Virus record (IMG/VR): IMGVR_UViG_3300005748_000132 | Coordinates: 20,180 to 84,179 of that record | Length of the DNA stretch: 64,000 nt | Strand: one strand, 5' to 3' | Source of the DNA: a virus | Lineage: Duplodnaviria > Heunggongvirae > Uroviricota > Caudoviricetes | Part shown: positions 49,334 to 57,826 of the stretch, in pieces | Layout of the letters: each line of letters starts with the position of its first letter | Numbering within the stretch: position 1 is the first letter of the stretch | Notes under the pieces: generated by a model | Told to the model about the DNA's origin: nothing | Seen by the model: only the letters and a program-made list of their open reading frames with translations | Database searches by the model: none | Made by a program: the position numbers and the translations under genes

Positions 49334-50347
49334 CTACAACTCTCCTTCTTCAGGTTTACCACCTCCGTATACATCATCAAGCTCTACTTCTTTACCATCT
49401 TTACCTTTTATAGTTCTGGACAGGTCGAACTGAAAGCTCTTATATTTCTCTTCGTTCTGTCTAAGTTGTAAAACCTTCTCATAATACATCTTGAATATAG
49501 CTACTTCTTCTGTGTTCAGATCAATAAGATCTTCTGTGTCAAAGTCATACCTCATTAGGTAGTTCATTCCTTCTTTGACTTTATCTCCTTTGTTTTTATA
49601 GCGAATCTTTGCATATTGCCATCCCATTACAGGAAGTTTACACTCTTTCTCAACTCTTCTCAAAGGCTGAAAGATGGTTATTATGTTAGTCATTAAGTTT
49701 TCAAATCTAGAACAACCAAAACACCCATTCTTTGGTACTGGTAAATCACCGACACCTTTATCTTTTGTAGTTTGTGACAAGATAAAACCATGAGTATCTA
49801 ACTCTACTGTCATATTTTTTACTTGTCTTGCTACAGGATTATAGTCCGCACTATTACCAATATGAATTTCGTGAAAATGGTCAAGTACATAAGCATGAAT
49901 TGTTGTATTCAAGGTATTTTTAATATTAGTCAACTCTATCTTTATATCTTCTACTGTCATATCTTTAGACCTACCTTCTTCGTCATAATTCTCGACGATG
50001 AAAAGTCTATCTGCTAATTCTGGCTCATCTTCCGTAGCTTTGAACCATTTCTCAGCTATCTCAGAAGCTGTCATTTCCAGTGAAACGAATACTACTATAC
50101 CTTCAGAATTATTTCTAAGAATATGTTTAAGTATCCACAAAGAAAAAGTTGTCTTTCCTACCCCCGGTCCGGCTAAACCTCCTGTACAATCTCCTCTCTG
50201 CAATTTCCTTACTAGAGCATCTATTTTCTCAGGTCCGTGAATAAACTTACTAGGGTCTATCTTGCCGCTAACAGCTCCACTTCTCTTCAAGTCACCCAAG
50301 CTTCTTATACCTGCTTGCTTCTTCCTCTTCTGTTCAAAATCAGTCAT
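49334..50347 (-). CDS. DnaB-like replicative helicase (C-terminal RecA-fold domain only)
   Basis: GGLAGPGVGKTTFSLWIL…VVFVSLEMTASEIAEKW matches the DnaB Walker A / H1a region. Confidence 0.6.
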   Translation of the reverse strand: MTDFEQKRKKQAGIRSLGDLKRSGAVSGKIDPSKFIHGPEKIDALVRKLQRGDCTGGLAGPGVGKTTFSLWILKHILRNNSEGIVVFVSLEMTASEIAEKWFKATEDEPELADRLFIVENYDEEGRSKDMTVEDIKIELTNIKNTLNTTIHAYVLDHFHEIHIGNSADYNPVARQVKNMTVELDTHGFILSQTTKDKGVGDLPVPKNGCFGCSRFENLMTNIITIFQPLRRVEKECKLPVMGWQYAKIRYKNKGDKVKEGMNYLMRYDFDTEDLIDLNTEEVAIFKMYYEKVLQLRQNEEKYKSFQFDLSRTIKGKDGKEVELDDVYGGGKPEEGEL

Positions 50348-50522
50348 TACCTAACTCCTCTATCATCTTACTAACAGCTATGTCAATAGCCTCATTAACA
50401 AGCTTCTTCCTAATTCGCCACTTCCTACTATGTGAACCTCGTCTACCTTTTAGAATAGTCCTCGAAGCTTCTACTAGTTTTTGGTACTGGTCTTCTGTGA
50501 AGTATACCAATTTACCTTTCAT
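50340..50522 (-). CDS. small basic protein (60 aa)
   Basis: Sits in the operon between the helicase and Macro genes, with overlapping junctions. Confidence 0.35.
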   Translation of the reverse strand: MKGKLVYFTEDQYQKLVEASRTILKGRRGSHSRKWRIRKKLVNEAIDIAVSKMIEELGND

Positions 50523-50992
50523 TCATCCTCCATATCAGGGTCATACACGTAAACATCTAAATCGTCACCTGTAGCGTCGTCGATAATTCGCGACACTATT
50601 TCCCAGTTACCACCAGCTAGTCCACAACCTATTTTAGGTATTGCTACTTCTTTTTTACCTAAGTTTTTAAGTTCTTCAAATACATTGTATATAGCATCGT
50701 AACTTACATATTTCTCACCGTCGTAACCGTATTTTTCTTGAGTATAGCAATTTAATACAACCTTTCCATTTTCTTGAGGTGACTGGGTACAATAACCTAA
50801 GCGGTCAGACTTTCTTGGAAAAAACTCACTATCCTGTACATACCAATAATGGTAGTCTTCTTTTACTTTCGGATACTTAGTAAACAAAACCTTAGCTACT
50901 CCGCTACCCATTCTATTCTGACAATTCACACCGTGAGCTATGTATTTTTGTTCAGCGTTTAGTATAGAGTCTTTTATATACTTAACTATCAC
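50519..50992 (-). CDS. Macro-domain protein (ADP-ribose-binding/processing)
   Basis: YIAHGVNCQNRMGSGVAKVL and VAIPKIGCGLAGGNWEIVSRII match macro-domain binding loops; overlaps the Nampt-like gene by 11 nt. Confidence 0.6.
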   Translation of the reverse strand: MIVKYIKDSILNAEQKYIAHGVNCQNRMGSGVAKVLFTKYPKVKEDYHYWYVQDSEFFPRKSDRLGYCTQSPQENGKVVLNCYTQEKYGYDGEKYVSYDAIYNVFEELKNLGKKEVAIPKIGCGLAGGNWEIVSRIIDDATGDDLDVYVYDPDMEDE

Positions 50993-52472
50993 TTAATCTT
51001 CCTCTGATTTCACTTAACGAAGTTTCTTTTAAAAATTTACCATCTTTGTAAATAGTTTGTAGAAGGTCTGGAGCATGAGACCTTCTAGGATTATTATCAT
51101 CAAAAACTTCTAGTTCATCTCCGACCAATGACCTAACTACCTGTACTCTACCTTTAGCTGACTTCTTAGTTCCGTCGTCAGTAATGGGGTCTTTGAAGAT
51201 GGCTCTCTCTTGTCCGTTTACCGTAACACTTGTAGCTTTCATTGCAAAACCTAAACTATCTCTTGTGATCATTTGGTAAGTGTAGCTTCCAATCCCTAAC
51301 ACTACGTTAGTTGAAGCAAATCCTTTAGCTTTAAGTCTTTCAACAATTTCCTTAGTTCTTCCAATAGTTATAGAGTCACCATAAATAGCTCCTACTTTTG
51401 GATTTAACACCTTGTAACCTTTTTCTGTTACCGTACCTCCGAAAGTATCATAGAGCATTTCTACGACCCCTTTTTGTGCTCTAGGGTCACTATTATTTGG
51501 GTCACCACATAGAATATCTACAGGGTTTCCAGAATCAGGTCGAATAACTACCTTATCAGGAGCTTCAGGGACTCCTCCATCTCTAGCTAAGATAGAGTCT
51601 TTTAAGCTAGGGATAATATTTTCCATTACGTTCCATAAGTCCCAAGTATCCGACACTATAGAAACAATTCCTGTAGGATATAAGTCTTCAATAAACCTTC
51701 TATATGTTTCTCGTTCACTTTCTTTTTCTCCAGCACACATTACCGAATGTTCAGAAGCTGGTACAGAACAAGCCACTAACTCTTTAGTGACATCAGCGTT
51801 ATAATATTGTTCAGCATATTGTACAGCAGGTAGAGTATCACTTCCTACAAAGCTTAAAATATGACCTAATCCACTCCTAGCTGCATCTTCTGGACCGCTC
51901 ATTCCGCGCATTGAAAAGTCGTGCCCTTGGAACTCTACTCCCATTATCGAACCAGTAGTCTCGATAGCAGCTTCATCTAGTATCTTTCTATATTCTCTAG
52001 CAATACTAGCAGTAGTACAAGGTTTCCATAATAGAGCTGACATAATTGTTTCTAAGTAGTTTGTTAGCCAGAAGAACTCATCTTTAGTATTTTCTACTGT
52101 AAACATTGGTACTCTGAAAGGGACTAAAGTACCTTCTTCTAAAGCTTTAACTTCAATCGGAAGATGACCTAAATCATGTAAATCTTCTAAATGTTTTGTG
52201 TAGACGTTAGGATTGAATAAATAAGCAGCTACTTGTCTCTTATACTCCGACACTATTTCTTCTTTAGGTCTTGAGAAAAACTGTTTATCAAAAAGCTCAG
52301 TGATTTCTTTTAAAGCTCCTTGAAAACCAAAAGCTACTACTTCTTTTACTTGAGGAAGATGTTTTCCTGATCTTGGGGTCCATGTAGAGTACACCTTTTC
52401 AGTACCTTCAGGGTATTGTACTCTGTGACTCAGCTTATAACCGTCTGCTGCCAATGTTGCTAATAAGTTCAT
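50982..52472 (-). CDS. nicotinamide phosphoribosyltransferase-like protein (NadV/Nampt family; candidate Namat of NARP1)
   Basis: N-terminus NLLATLAADGYKLSHRVQYPEGTEKVYS matches the Nampt/NadV signature; 496 aa; start overlaps the Prs-like stop (ATGA). Confidence 0.85.
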   Translation of the reverse strand: MNLLATLAADGYKLSHRVQYPEGTEKVYSTWTPRSGKHLPQVKEVVAFGFQGALKEITELFDKQFFSRPKEEIVSEYKRQVAAYLFNPNVYTKHLEDLHDLGHLPIEVKALEEGTLVPFRVPMFTVENTKDEFFWLTNYLETIMSALLWKPCTTASIAREYRKILDEAAIETTGSIMGVEFQGHDFSMRGMSGPEDAARSGLGHILSFVGSDTLPAVQYAEQYYNADVTKELVACSVPASEHSVMCAGEKESERETYRRFIEDLYPTGIVSIVSDTWDLWNVMENIIPSLKDSILARDGGVPEAPDKVVIRPDSGNPVDILCGDPNNSDPRAQKGVVEMLYDTFGGTVTEKGYKVLNPKVGAIYGDSITIGRTKEIVERLKAKGFASTNVVLGIGSYTYQMITRDSLGFAMKATSVTVNGQERAIFKDPITDDGTKKSAKGRVQVVRSLVGDELEVFDDNNPRRSHAPDLLQTIYKDGKFLKETSLSEIRGRLSDS

Positions 52473-53242
52473 ACTTCTCCTTTTCTATTAAATATTCTAT
52501 TAATTCCCGATTCTCTTAATGTGTCTACTCCCTTTGAGTATATTCCGTGAGTTGTGTATAGATTAACCTCTTTTGCTCCCAAAGTCAAGAGTTTTTCTGC
52601 TGCTAATTTAAAAGTCATACCTCCGTCACATAAGTCATCTACAATAAGAATAACCTCTCCTTCGATACTAATAAGTTCGTTCAGAAATAAGTTTTTTATA
52701 TAACCTGTACTTTGATCTCTATCTTTTGATAAGCTACAACTAGGAAGACTGTTCAGAAAAGGATAACTCTTATATCTTTTCTCAGCACCTTTGTCTGGGT
52801 AGCATATTAGTGTAGGATTTGTTTCTAAAGCACCGAGTATCGCACTTGCTGGAAATATCGAACTTATAATACCCTGACTAAATTCCTTACTATGTTCATC
52901 ATAAGTAGCTATACTTTTTATAGAAGGTAGAGTCTTTAAAAGTTTCATAAAAGTATATTTTGCAAAAGTTGTTTGGTTAGAAACTCTCTTATCTTGTCTT
53001 GCATAAGGTAGTGTGTCTATGAACAAACAATCTACCATCAATCCTCTACTTTGTAATAAGTCACATAGTTGAGCTAAATGAATAAACTCTGATTCATTTT
53101 CAAAGTCCCAAATTATATCCTGCTCCAAAACTTCCCTTCTTGTGAAAACTTCTTCTGGTATCTTCCAAACCTGACTTGTCCCATCAGGGAAAATAGTTGG
53201 TTTTATCTCGTAACCGTTTAACTTAATCATCTTATCTCCCAT
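52469..53242 (-). CDS. ribose-phosphate pyrophosphokinase-like protein (Prs family; candidate ADPR pyrophosphokinase Adps of NARP1)
   Basis: FIDTLPYARQDKR (PRPP-synthetase P-Y-x-R-Q-D-R) and ILIVDDLCDGGMT (PRPP-binding loop). The probable start is the second ATG at 53230, which has a GGGAGAT SD. Confidence 0.8.
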   Translation of the reverse strand: MGDKMIKLNGYEIKPTIFPDGTSQVWKIPEEVFTRREVLEQDIIWDFENESEFIHLAQLCDLLQSRGLMVDCLFIDTLPYARQDKRVSNQTTFAKYTFMKLLKTLPSIKSIATYDEHSKEFSQGIISSIFPASAILGALETNPTLICYPDKGAEKRYKSYPFLNSLPSCSLSKDRDQSTGYIKNLFLNELISIEGEVILIVDDLCDGGMTFKLAAEKLLTLGAKEVNLYTTHGIYSKGVDTLRESGINRIFNRKGEV

Positions 53243-53248
53243 CTCACA

Positions 53249-53257
53249 TTATACCAC
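53249..53257 (-). promoter_or_regulatory. extended -10 promoter (TGGTATAAT) for the Prs/Nampt/Macro operon
   Basis: The minus strand reads …TTTGGTGGTATAATGTGAGATGGGAGATAAGATG. TGnTATAAT lies ~20 nt upstream of the start codon. Direct repeats GTTACAA-N4-GTTACAA (top strand 53274..53291) sit in the -35 region. Confidence 0.5.
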
Positions 53258-53367
53258 CAAAGTCCCAACACTATTGTAACACGTTTGTAACCTTTACACA
53301 ACCTTAAACCTAGTTCAGCGTCGTACTCACCTCGTTTTTGTATTGTCGGAAGTTTCAACACTACTCC

Positions 53368-53694
53368 TTATACACACTCAGGGTTAGTACAAGGTTCTTC
53401 GCAAAAAGGACATTTCTTGACACTAACTCCTACAAACTCGTTCACATCTTGTATCTTCCTGTTACAAAGCTCTTTATGCTCAGGAAACTCGTCTCGTATA
53501 AACTCATAAACCACGGTCAAAGGTATCATACAAAGTGTACAGTATTCTGACACAGTCTTCTCAGTCACACCTTTCTTTTTAAAGTAGGTTATAACTTCTG
53601 GTTTTCTACTTAGGAAGTCTTTAGCTTTGAACATGTTTATCCTTTTATAAATGGTCAGCGACCAACTCACAACTTTACTTTTATCCGAAGTCAC
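53368..53694 (-). CDS. Cys-rich zinc-binding protein (108 aa)
   Basis: CTLC … CPFCEEPCTNPEC. Confidence 0.4.
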   Translation of the reverse strand: MTSDKSKVVSWSLTIYKRINMFKAKDFLSRKPEVITYFKKKGVTEKTVSEYCTLCMIPLTVVYEFIRDEFPEHKELCNRKIQDVNEFVGVSVKKCPFCEEPCTNPECV

Positions 53695-53751
53695 TTAATT
53701 ACGTTCCAGTCTGAACTCGATAGTGTCGGAAGGTATGTGACACCTTATTTC

Positions 53752-54114
53752 TTAATCCAACTTAGCTGTCAATCCAAAACGCATATAATCCAAATCTCCA
53801 CCTTTTTCAAACCTAGCTTTAGTAGTCTCATACTTCTCTATCTTCTCTTCGTCGTCAGTTCTAGCAATCATCTCTTCAAACTTAGTAACCATGTTCTTAG
53901 CACTAATTGTTTTTTCAAAAGGTACTCCGTTAATCGTAATCTCTACTTCCTTATCCAGACTTATATAATACTGAGACTTACCTTGACTGTCTTTGTCCTT
54001 AGCTAAGATCAATACCCCTATGTCTACGTACCCACTTGTTTTTTTCTTACTCATTTGTTTCTCCTTCTTTAATGTCAGATTTCTCGACGTTATCTTGTTT
54101 ATATTGTAACTCAC
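53752..54114 (-). CDS. hypothetical protein (probable start at internal MSKKK, ~54054)
   Basis: The track start overlaps the upstream ORF by 68 nt; the internal ATG removes the overlap. Confidence 0.4.
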   Translation of the reverse strand: MSYNINKITSRNLTLKKEKQMSKKKTSGYVDIGVLILAKDKDSQGKSQYYISLDKEVEITINGVPFEKTISAKNMVTKFEEMIARTDDEEKIEKYETTKARFEKGGDLDYMRFGLTAKLD

Positions 54115-54385
54115 CTATCACATTAATAGCATATTGCACACTTGTCTCAATAGCAGCGAACATACCTCCTAGGAACTCTCGCTCACTCTCAGGTAAAGCT
54201 CTAGCGTCAGTATCGTCTGTCCTAGTTGTAATATAGTTCACAGAAGCCTTTAAAGCCCTTCTAAGCTGTTTTGTACTAAGTCCGTCTACTTGGTCATGTA
54301 GTCTACCTTGAAGCTCATTTAGGGTCATTTGAAGCCCTTTAACGTATGCTTGTGATTTCTCTTCTCTAGTTAGTTCTTTAATCAT
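54047..54385 (-). CDS. hypothetical protein (112 aa)
   Basis: ORF; ATGA coupling to the upstream gene. Confidence 0.4.
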   Translation of the reverse strand: MIKELTREEKSQAYVKGLQMTLNELQGRLHDQVDGLSTKQLRRALKASVNYITTRTDDTDARALPESEREFLGGMFAAIETSVQYAINVIGELQYKQDNVEKSDIKEGETNE

Positions 54386-54969
54386 TATAACTCCTCGTCT
54401 TCAGTAACTTCTTGCTCAGGTTTTACACTCTTTCTAAAGCTGTTACCTGACTTCTTCTCGTCTTTCTTTTTTACTGGTGACTTAACTTCTTTTTTAGCTT
54501 TAGTGTCCGACTTTTCCTGACCTTCTGGTAGGTCTTCTCCTGCGTAGATATATAAACCTAGTCCATGAAGCCCTAAACCTTTTACAATAGCCCTTTGAAT
54601 AGTTTTGTTGATATCCATCATCGTAGCAGCTTTGACCTCTTTTTCACCGTATTTAGTTTTAAAGGTGTAATCTACAGTTTTCATAGCATTATTGGCTCCG
54701 TCCATTACAGGAAGGTATACAGTATGATTAATTCCTTCGATCTCTACTCCGACTTTCACCATGATTCCTTCGTCACTTGTAAAATAAGGAAGTCCTTGCT
54801 CATTTTCTGCGACACTAACTTGAACGTCAGGGTAAAGTTTCTTAGCTTCAGCCCAAGCCCAAGCCCAAGATAGATATGAAAGCTTGACTCTTCCTGTGTC
54901 CTTAATCTCTACTTTGTCGCTAACGTCTAGTTTATTTAGCTTATCGAATGTTGATTCTTGTTTGCTCAT
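54385..54969 (-). CDS. possible Rad52/Sak-like single-strand annealing protein with K-rich tail
   Basis: Segments LSYLSWAWAWAEA and RAIVKGLGLHGLGLYIYAGEDLP are reminiscent of the Erf/Sak/Rad52 recombinase core; lysine-rich C-terminus. Weak, recalled from memory only. Confidence 0.3.
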   Translation of the reverse strand: MSKQESTFDKLNKLDVSDKVEIKDTGRVKLSYLSWAWAWAEAKKLYPDVQVSVAENEQGLPYFTSDEGIMVKVGVEIEGINHTVYLPVMDGANNAMKTVDYTFKTKYGEKEVKAATMMDINKTIQRAIVKGLGLHGLGLYIYAGEDLPEGQEKSDTKAKKEVKSPVKKKDEKKSGNSFRKSVKPEQEVTEDEEL

Positions 54970-55126
54970 GAGTCTCTCCTTACAGTTTCAAAATTAAAAA
55001 CATTCAATAACCCTAATCCTAAATTTAAAACACCTAATTCGACTTTACCTACACTAATTAAGTAAACTCCTGTTGATGTACAAAACATTGCCGCAAATCC
55101 AGCAATTCCTAAAGCTACGTTTCTCA

Positions 55127-55501
55127 TTACTCGTCTCCTTCTAAGTAAAGTTCGTCTACTTCTAGATTATACAACAAAGCTATCTTTTCCGCAAGCTCTT
55201 TCTCAGCTTTTTTTAGCGTGTCCAAAATCTCGACACTAAGTTCTGATTTCTCAGCAGATTCTCTAGCATTTGCAATGTTAATAAACGAACTTACTTGCAA
55301 GTTAATCTTCTTGAATGGAGCTTCAAACTCAGCATTAAGTAAGCTGTCTTCGTTTAAACCTAGTATCTTCTTAGCGTCGCTAATTAGCACCTCGTTTGTA
55401 TATCCGTCTTGTTCTCTTTTCTCAGCAGCCTTACCTTCTCTTACAATACCGTCGATCTTGTTTAGATGTTGAGTTACTAATGTTCTGTCTACTTTACTCA
55501 T
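55127..55501 (-). CDS. hypothetical protein (124 aa)
   Basis: ORF. Confidence 0.4.
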   Translation of the reverse strand: MSKVDRTLVTQHLNKIDGIVREGKAAEKREQDGYTNEVLISDAKKILGLNEDSLLNAEFEAPFKKINLQVSSFINIANARESAEKSELSVEILDTLKKAEKELAEKIALLYNLEVDELYLEGDE

Positions 55502-55842
55502 TACTTTTGCTCCTTAGCTAATTTCTTTACCGTATTAATTGCCATAAGTCCTATAACTGGTTTTCTGTCGTCAGTTTCTACACCAGTCACCCTAGCTTCT
55601 TTTGACTCTAGATCAAACTTCAGAGTGACTAACTTGTTACCTACTACAGAAACTCCTGTATAAGGTAAGTTCTTCTTAGCTTCCTCGTCTGTTTTGATCT
55701 CTACTTTGTCACCTAGTTTGATCAAAGCTTTCAACCTTGTTAGTAGCTTAGTCTTATCAGGACTTTTTAGTGTCGTGATATCTACATCTAATAGGTCTTC
55801 AATCTTCTCTAATTTTAAACTCATGTTATTTTCTCCCTTCAT
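55501..55842 (-). CDS. hypothetical protein (113 aa)
   Basis: ORF. Confidence 0.4.
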   Translation of the reverse strand: MKGENNMSLKLEKIEDLLDVDITTLKSPDKTKLLTRLKALIKLGDKVEIKTDEEAKKNLPYTGVSVVGNKLVTLKFDLESKEARVTGVETDDRKPVIGLMAINTVKKLAKEQK

Positions 55843-56056
55843 TGTAAGCTTTTCCTGACTTTCTTCTGTATTTAGAAGCTTGTCTTATAGTAGGTTGAAC
55901 TCCTGCTTTTTCACAAGCATTTTTAAAGTCTTGATTTGTTTTAGAAAATTCTAAATTAGATTGTCCTCTAAACATCATTTTTGCAAACTCAGCATTGATT
56001 CTTCTGTTTCTGATAGTTTCAGGTGAGTCTTTGTACTTAATTTCTTTATTACTCAT
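55826..56056 (-). CDS. hypothetical basic protein (76 aa)
   Basis: ORF. Confidence 0.35.
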   Translation of the reverse strand: MSNKEIKYKDSPETIRNRRINAEFAKMMFRGQSNLEFSKTNQDFKNACEKAGVQPTIRQASKYRRKSGKAYNEGRK

Positions 56057-56057
56057 G

Positions 56058-56360
56058 TTATTCCTCCATTCCGATTGCTTTCAATTTCTTTTCTCGAAGC
56101 TCTTTTGTTAAATGCTTCAACTCGTTCATTATAGCAGCTTTTTCTACAATGTCAATAACTTTTCTATCAAACATCTCTTTGTTGGTGCACTCTACTCTGT
56201 AAACACCTTGCTCTCTTTTTTGGAAGGTCTTTATACAACCGTTGTCGTACCTTTCTTCGCACACTACTTGCGCTCTTGTTATAGCGTCGTAGTCTTGTTG
56301 GTTAAATGGTATCGTGCTGATATTTAGTAACCCTATCGCTACACAAGCTAGTTTCATCAT
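56058..56360 (-). CDS. exported protein (100 aa)
   Basis: Signal-peptide-like N-terminus MMKLACVAIGLLNISTIPF; 4 Cys. Confidence 0.4.
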   Translation of the reverse strand: MMKLACVAIGLLNISTIPFNQQDYDAITRAQVVCEERYDNGCIKTFQKREQGVYRVECTNKEMFDRKVIDIVEKAAIMNELKHLTKELREKKLKAIGMEE

Positions 56361-56683
56361 AGCATTTCTCCTAGTTCTTTATAAAGCTGTTCTGCTTTTT
56401 CTCTTGTTATTATTATATTGTCGTGTCCGTATATACCTAGGTCTATTTTGAACTCTTCTAGTTTGGTTACTATAGGTGGTTCTTTAGTGTCGTGTTTTTC
56501 ACTGATTTCTGACACTAATTCAAATCTATAGTCGAACCACCAATCATTGATAGGTTTACCTTTTAACTCCACACCCTTTTCTCTTAAGCCTGAAACGGTA
56601 TAAACTTCGTTTTCTAACAAGTCTGAATATTCTACATCATCAATGAATTTAACCCTATCACCTACTTTAAACTTACTCATCAC
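56357..56683 (-). CDS. hypothetical protein (108 aa), paralogous N-terminus to 31870..32349
   Basis: MMSKFKVGDRVKFI. Confidence 0.4.
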   Translation of the reverse strand: MMSKFKVGDRVKFIDDVEYSDLLENEVYTVSGLREKGVELKGKPINDWWFDYRFELVSEISEKHDTKEPPIVTKLEEFKIDLGIYGHDNIIITREKAEQLYKELGEML

Positions 56684-56833
56684 TCCTCCAAGTTACAAAC
56701 GCTATAAAGTTCAAAGGTAACAAAAGTATCGCTAGTAACCTAGCTGTTTCGTCACCTCGTACTATAGTATAGCATATAATTATTAATTGTGCAAGTAGTA
56801 AAACTAGTCTAGTGTAGCTATTTTTGTAGTTTT

Positions 56834-57826
56834 TCACAGCTTGACCAAGCCCTTCATACTCCCACTTTTACAGAAACCTCTATAGATGCATCCTCCAAAC
56901 TTGTCGCAACTATCTAGGTTCTTCTCGAAAGCTCCCTTACCTTCTTGTAGCTTCTCTTTTATTTCCACAGTAACCTGCTCTATCTCGTCGAACACCTCAT
57001 CAAGATGCTCCTCTGTAATAACCCCTTCTATAAAGCTAAGTCGCACCCTCGGAACCCTTTTGCGAATCTTCTTGTCACCTACCAGATAAGCTACCTCAGG
57101 AATACCCTCTTCTTGGCTGTAAATACCTAGCTGACGACTCTTTGAAGCTGAGTCACTAGGGTAGTATAGCTTAGGGTTAGAGCTTGTTTTCAGGTCAATT
57201 AAGACCGTCCTACCGTCTTTTAACTTCACAATAAAGTCTAAGTAGCCTATGAACTTGTCACCTAGCTCGTTCTCGATCTCTATCTTCTTCTGACAAGCTA
57301 TAGTCTCAGCTACATTCTCGTCAATCCATTCTACCAAAGCTTCTAGTAGTAATAAACCTTTTTCCTTTAGTGTCAAAAACGCACAGTAATTAAAAAGCTT
57401 CTGTTCAATTTCCGAGTATACCTTACGCTTTTTTCTAAGCTGTTTGCAGTATTCTAGAAACTCGTCTGCTTTTACAGCTTCTATCTCAAGGTCGTCACAA
57501 AACTTATCTAACTCACTCTGGTCTATTAAGTCTGCGTCACAGTCTCCTGCTCCAAACCTTAGTGAGAGTAAGTCTTCAGGAAGCTTCTTGACTTCGTTGT
57601 TAACTTCAAAGCTCATTATCTGGTTCAAATACTCTTGTTTATAGTCGCTAACTTCACCTAGTAGGTATTTCTCAATCGTGGAATCAAGGTTTTTACCAAA
57701 GTACAAAGGTGAACTAAGAAAGTCAGGTCGTATCTTCATGACTTTATCTAAATACCATTTACGAGGACAATCTGTGTAGGTGTCTATTTGACTGTTGGAA
57801 AGGTATAGTTTTTTAGAAGTAGACAT
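56834..57826 (-). CDS. Cas4/RecB-like PD-(D/E)xK exonuclease with 4-Cys cluster
   Basis: N-terminal YTDCPRKW Cys; core GYLDFIV…LIDLKTS (D…D-x-K); C-terminal CDKFGGCIYRGFC (three Cys). Confidence 0.6.
   Translation of the reverse strand: MSTSKKLYLSNSQIDTYTDCPRKWYLDKVMKIRPDFLSSPLYFGKNLDSTIEKYLLGEVSDYKQEYLNQIMSFEVNNEVKKLPEDLLSLRFGAGDCDADLIDQSELDKFCDDLEIEAVKADEFLEYCKQLRKKRKVYSEIEQKLFNYCAFLTLKEKGLLLLEALVEWIDENVAETIACQKKIEIENELGDKFIGYLDFIVKLKDGRTVLIDLKTSSNPKLYYPSDSASKSRQLGIYSQEEGIPEVAYLVGDKKIRKRVPRVRLSFIEGVITEEHLDEVFDEIEQVTVEIKEKLQEGKGAFEKNLDSCDKFGGCIYRGFCKSGSMKGLVKL

Noticed and set aside
50982-53242. Interpretation as ordinary NadV/Prs NAD salvage (KVP40-type) rather than NARP1
   Set aside because: Not fully rejected. 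No NMN adenylyltransferase/NatV-like gene is visible in this window to complete the classical route, and the tight Prs-Nampt coupling fits NARP1, so that interpretation is given priority.
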